A DNA stretch of 64,000 nucleotides from Syntrophales bacterium (lineage in GTDB: Bacteria; Desulfobacterota; Syntrophia; Syntrophales; UBA2210). The stretch lies in NCBI GenBank assembly GCA_963666365.2, contig CAXXNF010000002.1, positions 896,001-960,000 on the forward strand, written 5' to 3'. The translations under genes were made by a program, and so were the position numbers. The notes below the pieces were generated by a model, which was given only the letters and a program-made list of their open reading frames with translations, searched no databases and was not told the origin of the DNA. Positions 49,786 to 60,860 of the stretch are shown piece by piece. Position 1 is the first letter of the stretch. Each line of letters begins with the position of its first letter.

Positions 49786-50496
49786 TTAAACCTCTAAATA
49801 ATTTCTCCTTACATCTTCCGCCGCCATCAACGCCTTGTCATCGCCTTCGAACATAATCTGTCCCTTACTCATGACATAAAACCGATCGGCGATCTTGACG
49901 GCTGCTTTAAAATTTTGCTCTACCATAAGCACGGTGACTCCCGACTCGCGGACCCGCGACAGCATCTCCAGCACGTCCTTTACTATGAGAGGCGCGAGCC
50001 CTTCCGTCGGTTCATCAACGAGCACCAATTCCGGGTTTCCCATCAACGTGCGCACCACCGTCAGCATCTGCTGTTCACCGCCCGAAAGATGTTTCCCTTT
50101 ATTGTTCTGCCGTTCCTTCAGACGAGGAAACATTTCATAGACCCGTTCCGGCGTCCAGCCCGCACCGCTCTTCCCTCTTCTTCCTTCCTGAATGCCGATA
50201 AGGAGGTTCTCATGAACGGTAAGGCTCCCGAATATGCGCCGTTCCTCCGGCACAATCCCCACGCCAATGCGGGCAATTTCATAAGGCGCCTTTCCTGCCA
50301 GTTCCTGTCCGTTAAAAAGAATGCTTCCGTCTTGGGGCGTGACAAGCCCCATGATGCTTTTCAGGGTGGTCGTTTTACCCACGCCGTTACGGCCCAGTAG
50401 ACAGACCATTTCACCCTTTTTCAGTTCCATTGACACCCCGTGGAGTATATGGCTCTTTCCATAATAACTGTGAATATCCCTTACTTCTAGCAGCAT
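49786..50496 (-). CDS. LIV-type ABC ATPase (LivF-like)
   Basis: GRNGVGKTT, LSGGEQQM, DEPTEGLAP. Confidence 0.93.
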   Translation of the reverse strand: MLLEVRDIHSYYGKSHILHGVSMELKKGEMVCLLGRNGVGKTTTLKSIMGLVTPQDGSILFNGQELAGKAPYEIARIGVGIVPEERRIFGSLTVHENLLIGIQEGRRGKSGAGWTPERVYEMFPRLKERQNNKGKHLSGGEQQMLTVVRTLMGNPELVLVDEPTEGLAPLIVKDVLEMLSRVRESGVTVLMVEQNFKAAVKIADRFYVMSKGQIMFEGDDKALMAAEDVRRNYLEV

Positions 50497-51251
50497 TATT
50501 CTTCCTCTCCCAGATAGGCGTCTTTCACCCGTTGATCGTTTCGTATTTCTTCCGGCGCCCCCGAAGCCAGAATGGCGCCGTAATGCAAAACGGATATCCT
50601 GTCGGCCAACGAAAACACCACATCCATGTCGTGTTCTATGATGACAAGCGTTTTTCCCCTGGTAACCCGGTCTATCATGCGGATCGCCTCGGCCGTTTCT
50701 TCCCGGGTCATCCCCGCCGTGGGCTCGTCAAGCAGAATCAGTTCCGGCTCCGTGGAAAGAGTAATACCGATCTCAAGGGCGCGTTGACGACCGTAGGACA
50801 GGGCGCTGACCGGTTCATGCATTACATCGTCAAGGCCTACCAGTTTCAGTATCTGTTCAGTTTTTTCAGCAACCACCCTGTTGTGGTCCGGTCTTTTAAA
50901 AAAACTGTATCGCAATCCCTGGCGACATCGGACACCGGCTCTCACATTTTCCAGGACTGTCAGTTCCTGAAAAAGATTGGTAATCTGGAAGGATCGAGCC
51001 ATTCCTCTATGGTTCAGCACATGGGGCTGTTTTCTTGAAACGTCCCGTCCCTTGAAAATAATTGCTCCTGTTGAAGGTTTATATTTGCCGGAAATAATAT
51101 TGAAGAGTGTGGTCTTGCCGGCGCCGTTGGGACCGATCACGGCGTGACGCTCCTCATTTCGCACGGAAAAGGTCACGCCCGTAAGCACTTCGAGTCCCGA
51201 GAAATCCTTGTATATATCTTTAATTTCAAGAATGCCCTGTGAGGGGTCCAT
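50496..51251 (-). CDS. LIV-type ABC ATPase (LivG-like)
   Basis: GPNGAGKTT, LSYG.QRALE, DEPTAGM, IEHDM. Confidence 0.93.
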   Translation of the reverse strand: MDPSQGILEIKDIYKDFSGLEVLTGVTFSVRNEERHAVIGPNGAGKTTLFNIISGKYKPSTGAIIFKGRDVSRKQPHVLNHRGMARSFQITNLFQELTVLENVRAGVRCRQGLRYSFFKRPDHNRVVAEKTEQILKLVGLDDVMHEPVSALSYGRQRALEIGITLSTEPELILLDEPTAGMTREETAEAIRMIDRVTRGKTLVIIEHDMDVVFSLADRISVLHYGAILASGAPEEIRNDQRVKDAYLGEEE

Positions 51252-52246
51252 CAGTCATCTCCCTCCATTTCAAGTTTCCCTGTGGAATTTGCAAAACCAA
51301 ATCGCTCTTTGATCGAAACAATGAGTCCCGACAAGCCTCCCGGCACATACAACACCATTACCACAAAGATAATCCCCATGATAATCGGCCACCGATCGGT
51401 AATATCGCTTAAAAAATCCTGGAGATAGGTAAAGACAAGCGCACCCAGAATAGGACCGCCGAAACTTCCCGTGCCTCCGATAAACGTCATAAGCAGTACC
51501 GTCGTTGTCATGTCGATACTGATTGCCGAAATTGAAGTGAACTGAAAAAAAAGCGCATAAAAGGCACCCGCACAACCGGCCAGGGCACCCGTGAAGGTAA
51601 AGAGAATCAAGCGGCTGATATTCGTATTATATCCGAGAAATTTCATCCTTTCCTCGTTTTCTCTCATGAGAAGAATCGTCTTCCCCATTGCCGTAGTGGT
51701 AAAATACCAGCAGAAAAGAATCACCAGGCCGACAACGATCAACGTGAAAAAATAGAACACCTTCACATTGGTCATGTTCAGGGTGGCAACGCCTAAGTTG
51801 ATATCGGGGCGCCATACGCTGAGTCCGTCATCGCCGCCGGTCATGGAGTACCACTTTGTCGCGACGGCAAAGAACAGGGCGTTAAAGGCCAGTGTTAAAA
51901 GGGCAAAGTAGGACCCCTTGTGCCGGAGCAGAAGGCTGCCCACGAGGAACCCGACAATCACCGTCACCAGCGTAGCCGCCAGAATGGCCGCGAGAAGCGG
52001 AATGCCCTGAAAATGATTCAGAATCACCGCTACGGCGTAGGCGCCGGTGCCGAAAAACATGGCATGACCGAAGGATAACAACCCGGCGTAACCGAGGAGC
52101 AGGTTATAGCTGACGGCAAAAAGTGAAAAAATAACTACTTCCGTCATCAGTGCTATCTGATAACGTGGGAACAGGAGTGGAACAATTATCAGAAGCACGA
52201 CAAGCAGAACAATTCCCAGATATATGCGTATGTTGAGTCCTTTCAT
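51251..52246 (-). CDS. LIV-type ABC permease (LivM-like)
   Basis: GLLSFGHA, YFALLTLAF, TGGDDG, GGTGSFGGP. Confidence 0.93.
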   Translation of the reverse strand: MKGLNIRIYLGIVLLVVLLIIVPLLFPRYQIALMTEVVIFSLFAVSYNLLLGYAGLLSFGHAMFFGTGAYAVAVILNHFQGIPLLAAILAATLVTVIVGFLVGSLLLRHKGSYFALLTLAFNALFFAVATKWYSMTGGDDGLSVWRPDINLGVATLNMTNVKVFYFFTLIVVGLVILFCWYFTTTAMGKTILLMRENEERMKFLGYNTNISRLILFTFTGALAGCAGAFYALFFQFTSISAISIDMTTTVLLMTFIGGTGSFGGPILGALVFTYLQDFLSDITDRWPIIMGIIFVVMVLYVPGGLSGLIVSIKERFGFANSTGKLEMEGDD

Positions 52247-53107
52247 TTACTGTTCCTCTCCAAATAGTCCCGAAGGTTTTATGATGAGCACTGCCGCCAT
52301 AAGCATATAAATCAGCGCCATTGAAAGTTTGGGTATCAGGAGCGCACCAAATGACTGCAGTTCGCCGATAATAAGCGAAGCCAGAAGGGCACCCCCAAGA
52401 CTTCCGAACCCGCCCACCACGATGACCACAAAGGCGTCGATGAGGATCTCAGCCGCCATGCCGGGATAGGTCGTCAGGAGCGGTCCGGCAATCACACCGG
52501 CAAACCCTGAAAGGGCGGCGCCTGCAGCAAAGACGCTCATAAAAACAAGAGGAATATTAATTCCCAGGGCATTTACCATTTCGTTATCGTTCACTGCGGC
52601 TCGAACGATAATACCGACGCGCGTTTTATAGAGTACCAGGTACATAATAAGGCCAATCGCCACGGCACAGAACATCATAAAGAGCCTATATATGGGATAG
52701 GTGATTCCGAAAATGTCCACCTGCCCTTCCAGGAAATTCCCCAGGGTCACTGCAAGGGGGTAGTTTCCCCATATCCATTTGACCGACTCTGTAATGATAT
52801 AGGCAAGCCCGAAGGTCAGCAAGAGTTCATGCACATGCCCGAAGGCATGGACGCGACGCAGCAGGAATCGTTCAACCAGTATGCCGAATATAAACATCAG
52901 AAAGGGACAGATAATAATGGAAAGCCAGAAGTTGCCCGTTAACTTCAGTACGGTATAGGAGAAATAAGCTCCCATCATATAAAACGCTGCGTGTGCGAAA
53001 TTAAGTACATTCATCATGCCGAAAACGAGGGTCAGCCCCGATGACACCAGAAAGAGCAGTCCGGCATAGGCAAGGCCGTGCAGAATAAATACAGGAATGT
53101 CACTCAT
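52247..53107 (-). CDS. LIV-type ABC permease (LivH-like)
   Basis: GLTLVFGMM.VLNFAH, VVGG.GS, KPSGLFG. Confidence 0.93.
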   Translation of the reverse strand: MSDIPVFILHGLAYAGLLFLVSSGLTLVFGMMNVLNFAHAAFYMMGAYFSYTVLKLTGNFWLSIIICPFLMFIFGILVERFLLRRVHAFGHVHELLLTFGLAYIITESVKWIWGNYPLAVTLGNFLEGQVDIFGITYPIYRLFMMFCAVAIGLIMYLVLYKTRVGIIVRAAVNDNEMVNALGINIPLVFMSVFAAGAALSGFAGVIAGPLLTTYPGMAAEILIDAFVVIVVGGFGSLGGALLASLIIGELQSFGALLIPKLSMALIYMLMAAVLIIKPSGLFGEEQ

Positions 53108-53191
53108 GTCCCTTCCTTTCTATTACAATTGTTGCCGCACATCAGGTAACCTGTTTTGAAACAGCGGCATTATTAATCACATCCAGTCCCC

Positions 53192-53779
53192 TTATCTGCT
53201 GCCAGGGCCCGGGTTGTATATCACCATAAAACATTTAACCGCTCTCTCACCCATCGACTCTCCGAAATGGGAAACGCTTGAATCAAAGTAGACACAGTCT
53301 CCCTTTTCCACGATGTATTCTTCAGTGCCGTAGAGAAACTTCATTGTTCCCTGAAGTACGAAAAGCAGTTCCTGCCCTTCATGCCGGTAGACGGTCTTCT
53401 TTTTCTGATGAACGGGAAGAGTAAGGATAAAGGGCTCCATCATTTTGTTCTTAAAATTATGCGCTACCGCTTCATAGGCATATCCAAAGGCGGTCCCGTC
53501 CCGTGCGATCAGAGGCCGCTCTTTTCTCTTTACCACACTGATGGATGTCTGAATATTATCCTCGCCCAGCAGAAATGAAATGGAAACCCCCAATGCACGC
53601 GCTATGATGCCGAGGGTGGAAACAGGAGGCGCTTTTTCCGATTTTTCGACCTTTGACAGATAACCCTTGCTGAAGCCGGTCTGCGCCGCGAGACGTTCGA
53701 GCGTAACCCCTCTCCCGGAACGCAAGGCCCTTATTCTCGTCCCAATTTCCGCTTCTGTAATCACTTGCTGACGTTTCAT
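53192..53779 (-). CDS. XRE-family HTH regulator with cupin sensor domain
   Basis: IG.RIR.LR...TL..LA..TG.S.GYLSKVE; HEGQE..FVL.G; GDCVYFDS..SH. Confidence 0.92.
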   Translation of the reverse strand: MKRQQVITEAEIGTRIRALRSGRGVTLERLAAQTGFSKGYLSKVEKSEKAPPVSTLGIIARALGVSISFLLGEDNIQTSISVVKRKERPLIARDGTAFGYAYEAVAHNFKNKMMEPFILTLPVHQKKKTVYRHEGQELLFVLQGTMKFLYGTEEYIVEKGDCVYFDSSVSHFGESMGERAVKCFMVIYNPGPGSR

Positions 53780-53995
53780 CTCAGGATACAGGCCTCACAA
53801 AACAAGGGTAGTACTTATATGGGTGCTCTATAATGTATTACCCTGTCGCATATCAACGAAATGAGTGGACACACATACGCTACTAAACTTATATTACTGA
53901 GTATACTGATCATATAGTTATCAAAACCAACAGATCAAACCACCATGAGCGGCGCTGGAACTCCATGCGACGACCACAAGAAATAGCCGCAAAAT

Positions 53996-54024
53996 AAAGT
54001 TTCATATCAGTAAACTTTTGTCAA
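53996..54024 (-). promoter_or_regulatory. Putative promoter with overlapping palindromic operator
   Basis: Minus-strand TTGACA (54024-54019) directly followed by AAAGTTT-N9-AAACTTT. Confidence 0.55.
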
Positions 54025-54118
54025 GTAATATTTTTGCCGTCCCTGAAATTCAAAACTGTTCTGTAATCATAGTATGTTTCGCCACTTTTTTCAAAGCGAG
54101 GACAGTCATTTATTTCCA

Positions 54119-54147
54119 TTGATATCTTACAGGGAATGCGATAGGAT
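54119..54147 (+). promoter_or_regulatory. Putative sigma70 promoter for the GAF-ATPase gene
   Basis: TTGATA-17 nt-TAGGAT. Confidence 0.55.
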
Positions 54148-54183
54148 CACGTGTTATATTGATCTGCCGGAGAACAATCGAAG

Positions 54184-56499
54184 ATGGCGCTTTTTCAGTC
54201 GCGGATAAAACAAGATACAGTAACAGAAAAAAGCCATATTACAGAGCTTGAGGAAAAACTTAATTTTCAAAAAAGGCTCAAAGAGATCACCAATCGGATA
54301 CATGCCGCACAAAACTTGAAACAGATCCTTGTTGATCTGAGAGATGACATCCTCAGTCTCTTCGATGCCGAATCCCTTACTCTGTATGTCGCCGACAATT
54401 TAAAAAATGAAATATATTCTATGGTCCTTTCAGGGACCACACTTTCGGAGATCAGACTTCCCATAAGCAATAAGAGCATCGCCGGATATGCCGCATTCAA
54501 ACGGCACTCGGTAAATATTAAAGATGCCTATGATAAGTCGGAAGTGAACACCTTTGACACCGAGCTCAATTTTGACAGCAGCTGGGACCGGAAATCCGGC
54601 ATGCGGACAACCCAGGTGCTGGCCGTCCCCATTCTCTACAAAGATCAGGTGCGCGGCGTAATTCAGCTTATCAATAAAAAATCAAGCGGTTTTTTCAGCA
54701 AGGATGACCAGGATTTGGTCGAGGAAATGGCGAGCGTCCTGGGAATTGCCTTTTTCAACCAGGAACGAATTAAACAAAAGAAGAAATCTAAGTTCGATTA
54801 CCTCCTGAGAAGCGGGCTGATATCAGTCGAAGACTTGGAGGGTTCATGGGAAGACGCTCGAAAGAACAGAGAAACAATTGAGCAGTATCTGATAAAGCAC
54901 CATAAAATATCCAAGAGCGATATCGGGAAATCCTTAAGCGAATTTTACAACTGCACATTTGTCGAGTTCAGCGACAAGGCACCCACTCCCTACGATCTTC
55001 TAAAAAATCTGAAGGAAGAGTATCTCCGGCGCGAAATGTGGGTGCCGCTCGAGCGCAAAGACGGGAAGATAATAATCGTAATAGACGACCCAAACAACGT
55101 TTTGAAGCGCGATATGATCGAAAGCCTCTTGAAGACACGGGAAGTCGTCTACGATGTGGCACTCTATGAAGATATCATAAAGTTTATAAATCATTTCTAC
55201 CAGACCGACGACAGCGCATCTTCCATATCAGACATCCTGGGCAAACTCGACAGCGACGACGACCACGAAGATGAAGAAGACGAGGGCATCACGGAATCCG
55301 ACAGCATTATCATGCAACTGGTGAACCGCATTGTCAACGATGCCTACAATCGAAACGCATCTGATATTCACGTGGAACCGAATCTCACAAAAAAGAACGT
55401 TGAAGTCCGGTATCGCGTAGACGGCGCTCTTATGATCTATCAGACCGTCCCTTTCAGTTACAAAAACGCGCTGGTGTCACGAATCAAGATCATGTCGAAT
55501 CTGGATATTACCGAGCGCCGAGTCCCACAGGACGGGAAAATCAAATTCAGACGCCCTCGAGGCGATGAGATCGAACTTCGGGTCGCGACAATTCCCACCC
55601 AGGGCGGTCTTGAAGACGTGGTCATGCGCATCCTCGCCAAGGGGGAAACGATGCCCCTCGAGGATATGGGGCTGTCAAAGCGCAACTTTAATGAACTTGT
55701 GGAAATTTTAAAAAAGCCCTACGGCATGTGCCTCGTTGTCGGCCCTACCGGGTCGGGAAAGACCACTACTCTGCACGCCGGTCTGCACCATATTAATAAA
55801 CCGGACACTAAAATATGGACCGCCGAAGATCCCGTGGAGATTACCCAGTACGGCCTCCGTCAGGTACAGGTCAATCCCAAAATAGGGTTTGATTTCGCTG
55901 CCGCCATGCGCGCCTTTCTCCGGGCCGATCCCGATGTAATCATGGTAGGGGAAATGCGCGATTACGAAACAGCCAAGACCGGCGTCGAGGCTTCGCTGAC
56001 CGGACACCTTGTGTTCAGTACGCTCCATACGAACAGTGCCCCCGAAACCATTGTCAGGCTCCTGGATATGGGAATCGACCCTCTTAATTTCGCTGATTCG
56101 CTCCTGGGGATACTGGCACAACGGTTGGTGCGCACACTGTGCAAGCAGTGCAAGGAAAAATATCATCCCACAAAAGATGAGTACGACGAATTGGCGCGAA
56201 ATTACGGAGAAGAATTATTTTCACAGTTGAATATTCCCTACAACGAGGATTTCATGCTATTCCGCCCGAAGGGGTGCAGCGCCTGCGACAATACCGGCTA
56301 CAAGGGTCGCATGGGCATTCATGAATTGCTCGTCTCGACTGATGAGGTCAAAGAGAAGATTCAGAAACGCGCATCGGTAGAGAATCTTCGTGATCTGGCC
56401 ATTGAACAGGGAATGCGGACACTGCTGCAGGATGGCATTGAAAAGGTCATCGAAGGACGGGCCGATTTTGCCCAGGTGAGAAAGGTGTGTATAAAGTAG
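54184..56499 (+). CDS. GspE/PilB-family ATPase with N-terminal GAF domain
   Basis: GAF (SIAGY...NI.DAY...FD.SWD..SG.RT.QVLAVP...GVIQLINK); ASDIHVEP; GPTGSGKTT; EDPVE; LR.DPD.IMVGE; STLHTN; CxxC...CxxC. Confidence 0.93.
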   Translation: MALFQSRIKQDTVTEKSHITELEEKLNFQKRLKEITNRIHAAQNLKQILVDLRDDILSLFDAESLTLYVADNLKNEIYSMVLSGTTLSEIRLPISNKSIAGYAAFKRHSVNIKDAYDKSEVNTFDTELNFDSSWDRKSGMRTTQVLAVPILYKDQVRGVIQLINKKSSGFFSKDDQDLVEEMASVLGIAFFNQERIKQKKKSKFDYLLRSGLISVEDLEGSWEDARKNRETIEQYLIKHHKISKSDIGKSLSEFYNCTFVEFSDKAPTPYDLLKNLKEEYLRREMWVPLERKDGKIIIVIDDPNNVLKRDMIESLLKTREVVYDVALYEDIIKFINHFYQTDDSASSISDILGKLDSDDDHEDEEDEGITESDSIIMQLVNRIVNDAYNRNASDIHVEPNLTKKNVEVRYRVDGALMIYQTVPFSYKNALVSRIKIMSNLDITERRVPQDGKIKFRRPRGDEIELRVATIPTQGGLEDVVMRILAKGETMPLEDMGLSKRNFNELVEILKKPYGMCLVVGPTGSGKTTTLHAGLHHINKPDTKIWTAEDPVEITQYGLRQVQVNPKIGFDFAAAMRAFLRADPDVIMVGEMRDYETAKTGVEASLTGHLVFSTLHTNSAPETIVRLLDMGIDPLNFADSLLGILAQRLVRTLCKQCKEKYHPTKDEYDELARNYGEELFSQLNIPYNEDFMLFRPKGCSACDNTGYKGRMGIHELLVSTDEVKEKIQKRASVENLRDLAIEQGMRTLLQDGIEKVIEGRADFAQVRKVCIK

Positions 56500-56561
56500 G
56501 ACCCGGGTTCGAGGGAACGCAGGGCGGGGCGATCGTGCGAGTGCCCTTTCCTGACATATCG

Positions 56562-59177
56562 TTATTTTTTCAGCATTTCCTGCCACTGTGAAATTCTGTT
56601 GAGTGCCTCCAGGGGTGTCAGGTTGTTCGCATCAAGCCCTTTGAGATCGCGAATAACCCGGTCCTTCTCATCCACAAAGAGGTTGAGCTGGCCGGCGTTT
56701 TTCCGTCTGGCTGAGACCTTTCCCCCGGCAATTTTGGGAAGCCCCACATCGTCGAGTTCCCCTTTTTCAAGATTCTCCAGCACCTCACGGGCGCGCATCA
56801 CCACCGTTTCGGGAACGCCTGCAAGTCGAGCTACCTGGATTCCGTAACTTCGGTTTGTCCCCCCTTTCACAATTTTTCTCAGGAAAATGATTCGTTCTCC
56901 CCATTCCTTGACGGCAATGCTGTAGTTTTTCACTCCCTCGGCAGTGCATGCCAGATCGATCAGCTCGTGATAGTGGGTCGCAAAGAGCGTCCGCGCCCCT
57001 ATACGCTGACTGTCGTGAATATATTCACTTACGGCCCAGGCAATGCTCAATCCATCGAATGTGCTTGTGCCTCTGCCCACCTCGTCGAGCAGAATGAGAC
57101 TCCGCCCGGTTGCGCTCTTTAAGATGGCTGCCACCTCCGTCATTTCAACCATAAAGGTGCTCTGCCCCCGAGCCAGACTGTCTCCGGCGCCGACGCGTGT
57201 GAAAATTCGATCCGCCACGCCGATCAGAGCCGACGCGGCAGGCACAAATCCCCCCATTTGCGCCATAAGCACAATCAGGGCGGTCTGCCTGATGTAGGTC
57301 GATTTTCCTGCCATATTCGGCCCGGTAATGATGAGAAAGCGATTCGATCCGCAATCGAGCATGGCGTCGTTCGGCACAAATCCATCGGCGAGGTTCATCC
57401 TTTCGACCACCGGATGGCGGCCGTCTTTTATTTCGATTCTGTCATCGTCGGTGATTTTCGGACAGCAGTAGTTATATTGTTCGGCCACCTCTGCAAGCGA
57501 AACAAGGACATCCAGATCGGCGATAGAGGACGCCGTTTTTTGTATCCTTTGTATCTCCTGTGCAATTTGGGCGCGAACTTCGACAAAGAGCTCGAATTCA
57601 CGGCTCTTCCTCTTCTCTTCCGCATTGAGCACCGTCGTCTCGTAGCGCTTCAGTTCTTCGTTGATGTAACGCTCGGCGTTGACAAGGGTCTGCTTTCTGA
57701 TGTAGCTTTCCGGCACGAGATGGGCATTCGCCTTTGTAACCTCGATATAATATCCGAATACGCTGTTGTAGCCCACCTTCAGGGTCGCGATGCCTGTTTC
57801 ACTCCGTTCCTTCGCTTCCAGAGAGGCAATCCAGCGCTTTCCGTCCATTGACATGGACACCAGTTCGTCCAGTTCACTGTCGAACCCTTTTTTAATCAGA
57901 TAGCCCTCACGAATTGTCAGCGGCGGATCGTCTACAATGGCTCTTTCCACGAGGTCGGCGATATCCTCCAGGTCATCAAGCCCCTCGGCTGTTGCATTAA
58001 TCAATGAGGATTCTCCGCCTCCAATGGCGGTTCGAATTTCAGGCACGACGCAAAGTGATTTTCTGAGGGCAACCAGATCACGGCCATTGGCGACACCCAT
58101 GGAAACCCGGCTGCCCAATCTCTCAAGGTCATACACTTCCGCCAGCAACCCCCTCACCTTTTCCCGCATGTGATGCGCGTCTTTCAGCTCCGCAACAGCG
58201 GCGAGCCTCTCTCGAATCCTATCGGGATTCACCAGAGGATACTTCATCCACCATCGAAGCCTTCTCCCGCCCATGGCGGTAACGGTCTGATCAAGCACGT
58301 GAAAGAGCGACCCCTCTTTCTTCATATCCTGTATCGTACCGAACAGTTCGAGATTCCTTCGGGCTGTATCATCGATGACGAGGTAATTTTCAGGATGATA
58401 CCACCTGATCCGGTTGATGTGGTCAAGTTCTTGACGTTGCATCTCCCGGACATAGCGAAGCACTGCGCCGGCAGCCCTTGTCATGGCTTTGTTTGTTTCG
58501 AAATCCACACCTTCGACTGCACCGTTATGAAAGTGTTCGTGAAGCAGCGTTAAAGAATCTTCGTAGTTAAAACAGTCTCCATCCAGATAATTAACCCGAC
58601 ACTCCGTCATGGCACTTACGAGCATACGGGTAACCGCCGCGTCCCTGTCATCCTCGCGTACAACAGCTTCCTTGAATTCAAGACTGGCCATTTCCGCAGC
58701 GAAGTCTTCCTTCGCATCTCCTTCGGTTACGCGAAATTCCCCTGTTGAGATATCCACAAAGGCAATACCGATACGATCACCGTCGATAACCCATCCGGCC
58801 AGATAGTTATTCTTGTTCGCATCCAGGGTATCCGTATCCACCACCAATCCCGGAGATACGACCCTGACCACCTCGCGCCTGACAACTCCCTTGGCCTCTT
58901 TGGGATCTTCCATCTGCTCGCAGACGGCGACTTTAAATCCCGCACCGATCAGTTTCGACAGATAGGTCGATGCTGCGTGGTAGGGCACGCCACAGAGGGG
59001 AACACTGTCTTCCTTGCCTTTGTTTCTTGATGTCAGAGTTATGTCCAAGACCTTCGAAGCCGTCAGTGCATCTTCGAAAAACATTTCGTAAAAATCGCCC
59101 ATGCGGAAGAACAGAATGCAGTCTTTATATTGTTCCTTGATAGCAAGATACTGCTGCATGGCCGGAGTCAGGTTCAT
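56562..59177 (-). CDS. mutS: DNA mismatch repair protein MutS
   Basis: [49 protein letters not shown]. Confidence 0.98.
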   Translation of the reverse strand: MNLTPAMQQYLAIKEQYKDCILFFRMGDFYEMFFEDALTASKVLDITLTSRNKGKEDSVPLCGVPYHAASTYLSKLIGAGFKVAVCEQMEDPKEAKGVVRREVVRVVSPGLVVDTDTLDANKNNYLAGWVIDGDRIGIAFVDISTGEFRVTEGDAKEDFAAEMASLEFKEAVVREDDRDAAVTRMLVSAMTECRVNYLDGDCFNYEDSLTLLHEHFHNGAVEGVDFETNKAMTRAAGAVLRYVREMQRQELDHINRIRWYHPENYLVIDDTARRNLELFGTIQDMKKEGSLFHVLDQTVTAMGGRRLRWWMKYPLVNPDRIRERLAAVAELKDAHHMREKVRGLLAEVYDLERLGSRVSMGVANGRDLVALRKSLCVVPEIRTAIGGGESSLINATAEGLDDLEDIADLVERAIVDDPPLTIREGYLIKKGFDSELDELVSMSMDGKRWIASLEAKERSETGIATLKVGYNSVFGYYIEVTKANAHLVPESYIRKQTLVNAERYINEELKRYETTVLNAEEKRKSREFELFVEVRAQIAQEIQRIQKTASSIADLDVLVSLAEVAEQYNYCCPKITDDDRIEIKDGRHPVVERMNLADGFVPNDAMLDCGSNRFLIITGPNMAGKSTYIRQTALIVLMAQMGGFVPAASALIGVADRIFTRVGAGDSLARGQSTFMVEMTEVAAILKSATGRSLILLDEVGRGTSTFDGLSIAWAVSEYIHDSQRIGARTLFATHYHELIDLACTAEGVKNYSIAVKEWGERIIFLRKIVKGGTNRSYGIQVARLAGVPETVVMRAREVLENLEKGELDDVGLPKIAGGKVSARRKNAGQLNLFVDEKDRVIRDLKGLDANNLTPLEALNRISQWQEMLKK

Positions 59178-59602
59178 TACTCCCATTTGTCTCCGTCTTT
59201 CTTCTTCAGATCAATGTAGCCTCCTCTGTCGCCTCGACGGCCTCCCCTTGCAAACCCGCCGCTTTCCCGTAATAGTATACCCAGAATCCAGTTGATTATA
59301 CTTATGATCAGCGCAGCCAGTATCGCCGTCCAGAAGTCTGCAACTTGAAAGCCCGAAATGACGCCCGATGCCATCTTGATCAGTAATGCATTAATGACAA
59401 ATGTGAAGAGGCCGAGACTCAGGACATTGATGGGCAGTGTAAGGACAAGCAGTATGGGCCGGAAAAAAGTGTTGAGCAGTCCCAAAACCGCTGCAGCGAA
59501 AAAGGCGGAGAAAAAATCTTCCACATACACACCCGAAAGCGTATACGAAGCGGCCATTACGGCAATTGTCAGAATAATCCATCGAATTATGATGTGTGTC
59601 AT
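59177..59602 (-). CDS. 4-TM 'phage holin family' (YvlD-like) membrane protein
   Basis: [35 protein letters not shown]; its stop overlaps the mutS start (TAATG). Confidence 0.85.
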   Translation of the reverse strand: MTHIIIRWIILTIAVMAASYTLSGVYVEDFFSAFFAAAVLGLLNTFFRPILLVLTLPINVLSLGLFTFVINALLIKMASGVISGFQVADFWTAILAALIISIINWILGILLRESGGFARGGRRGDRGGYIDLKKKDGDKWE

Positions 59603-59691
59603 AGGCAGCTCTCCTATTGTACCGGTTCTTTTTACCTGCACTCACAGAGCAGGTCAACCCCTTGTAGAAAAAATGAACGTCTCTCATCTTT

Positions 59692-60660
59692 CTAGAGGAT
59701 GAGCATCCATCGGTATTCCCTGATATGATCGAGAAGTTCGTAAATGATTTCCTGTGTGTCCGATCCCACCATGCGACCCACAAAGATGTTTCTCATCCGG
59801 GACGTTTTTTCTAGGCCGACTAAATCAATCAGGGCGCCGGTGACCACGCGTTTACCCCACCAGGCGGCAGTTTTGATCAAATGATCGAAGCGAATGGTAT
59901 ACTCGGAGTGATCTTTGAGGCAAATCTCCCTCGGAAACCCGTCGCAGGACAGACCACGGGCCAGATAGGCCATGCCCTCCGGGATAATCGGATCGCTTGA
60001 ATGCTCGGAAATGAAAGCACAGGCGCCGGATTTACAGATCTCCTCCACCAGACAAACTGCCCCCATATTGAAGTGGAACAATTCTTCCCGGGGAATGGTA
60101 AGGCCATAACGCGCCACTCTCTCCTCCACGGCGTGAGGAAGACGTCGTGAATCGAGATCGGTCCATGTATCCAGATCGCCGACGACTTCATTGATTATAA
60201 AGAGATCAATTCCGGAAAGCGCCGGCACAATCCCATGGGCATCCCCGTTGATAAAGGATATTTTGTTTTTCCACTGTTTCAGCAGGCCACGCTGCCTTTG
60301 CAAGAGATTGAAGGACAGATCGATCATGCAGACATGGCGGAGGCTTTCTGCATAGCAGGACAGCAGACCCTTCATAAGATTGCCGTAGCCGCCGCCTATT
60401 TCACAGATCCGCCCGTTGCCGTTCATAAGACCCTTATCATATAAAAGGTCCCCGATAATTTCGCCGTAGGCCCGCGGGTGCTCTATGGCGATCATGTAGG
60501 GTGAATCCGCTCTGGCCAGGGATTCGCAGATGGTATGTTCAGTAAAGAGATCGACCGGCTGCATCCGGTAAAAAGCGGCCGTTGAATTCACCTGCCTCAT
60601 CAGGTCATTACCTTGTTCCGATTGCATACCATTATCGTGCATCCGTGACACTGCTGTCAT
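59692..60660 (-). CDS. Class I SAM-dependent methyltransferase
   Basis: ICEIGGGYG, IDLS, NGDA, NEVVGD; start is uncertain. Confidence 0.75.
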   Translation of the reverse strand: MTAVSRMHDNGMQSEQGNDLMRQVNSTAAFYRMQPVDLFTEHTICESLARADSPYMIAIEHPRAYGEIIGDLLYDKGLMNGNGRICEIGGGYGNLMKGLLSCYAESLRHVCMIDLSFNLLQRQRGLLKQWKNKISFINGDAHGIVPALSGIDLFIINEVVGDLDTWTDLDSRRLPHAVEERVARYGLTIPREELFHFNMGAVCLVEEICKSGACAFISEHSSDPIIPEGMAYLARGLSCDGFPREICLKDHSEYTIRFDHLIKTAAWWGKRVVTGALIDLVGLEKTSRMRNIFVGRMVGSDTQEIIYELLDHIREYRWMLIL

Positions 60661-60860
60661 AACCGCCTGTCATAGAGCATTTGTTGTGTCTGCTCCTTTT
60701 TTATACAAACACCACTCCATTATATACCAGCGCTTTTTATTACAGACACCACCCCGGGTCAAGCGAAACCATCAAACTCGAAGGTGCTGTCAGTTTTTAT
60801 TGAAATTTACATTTCCTTCATATATGGTAATGTGCTTTGTTTCAGGGAGATGATTGATTG

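Noticed and set aside
59177..59602. Prophage signalled by the holin-family gene
   Set aside because: No endolysin, structural or integrase genes; the family is commonly chromosomal.
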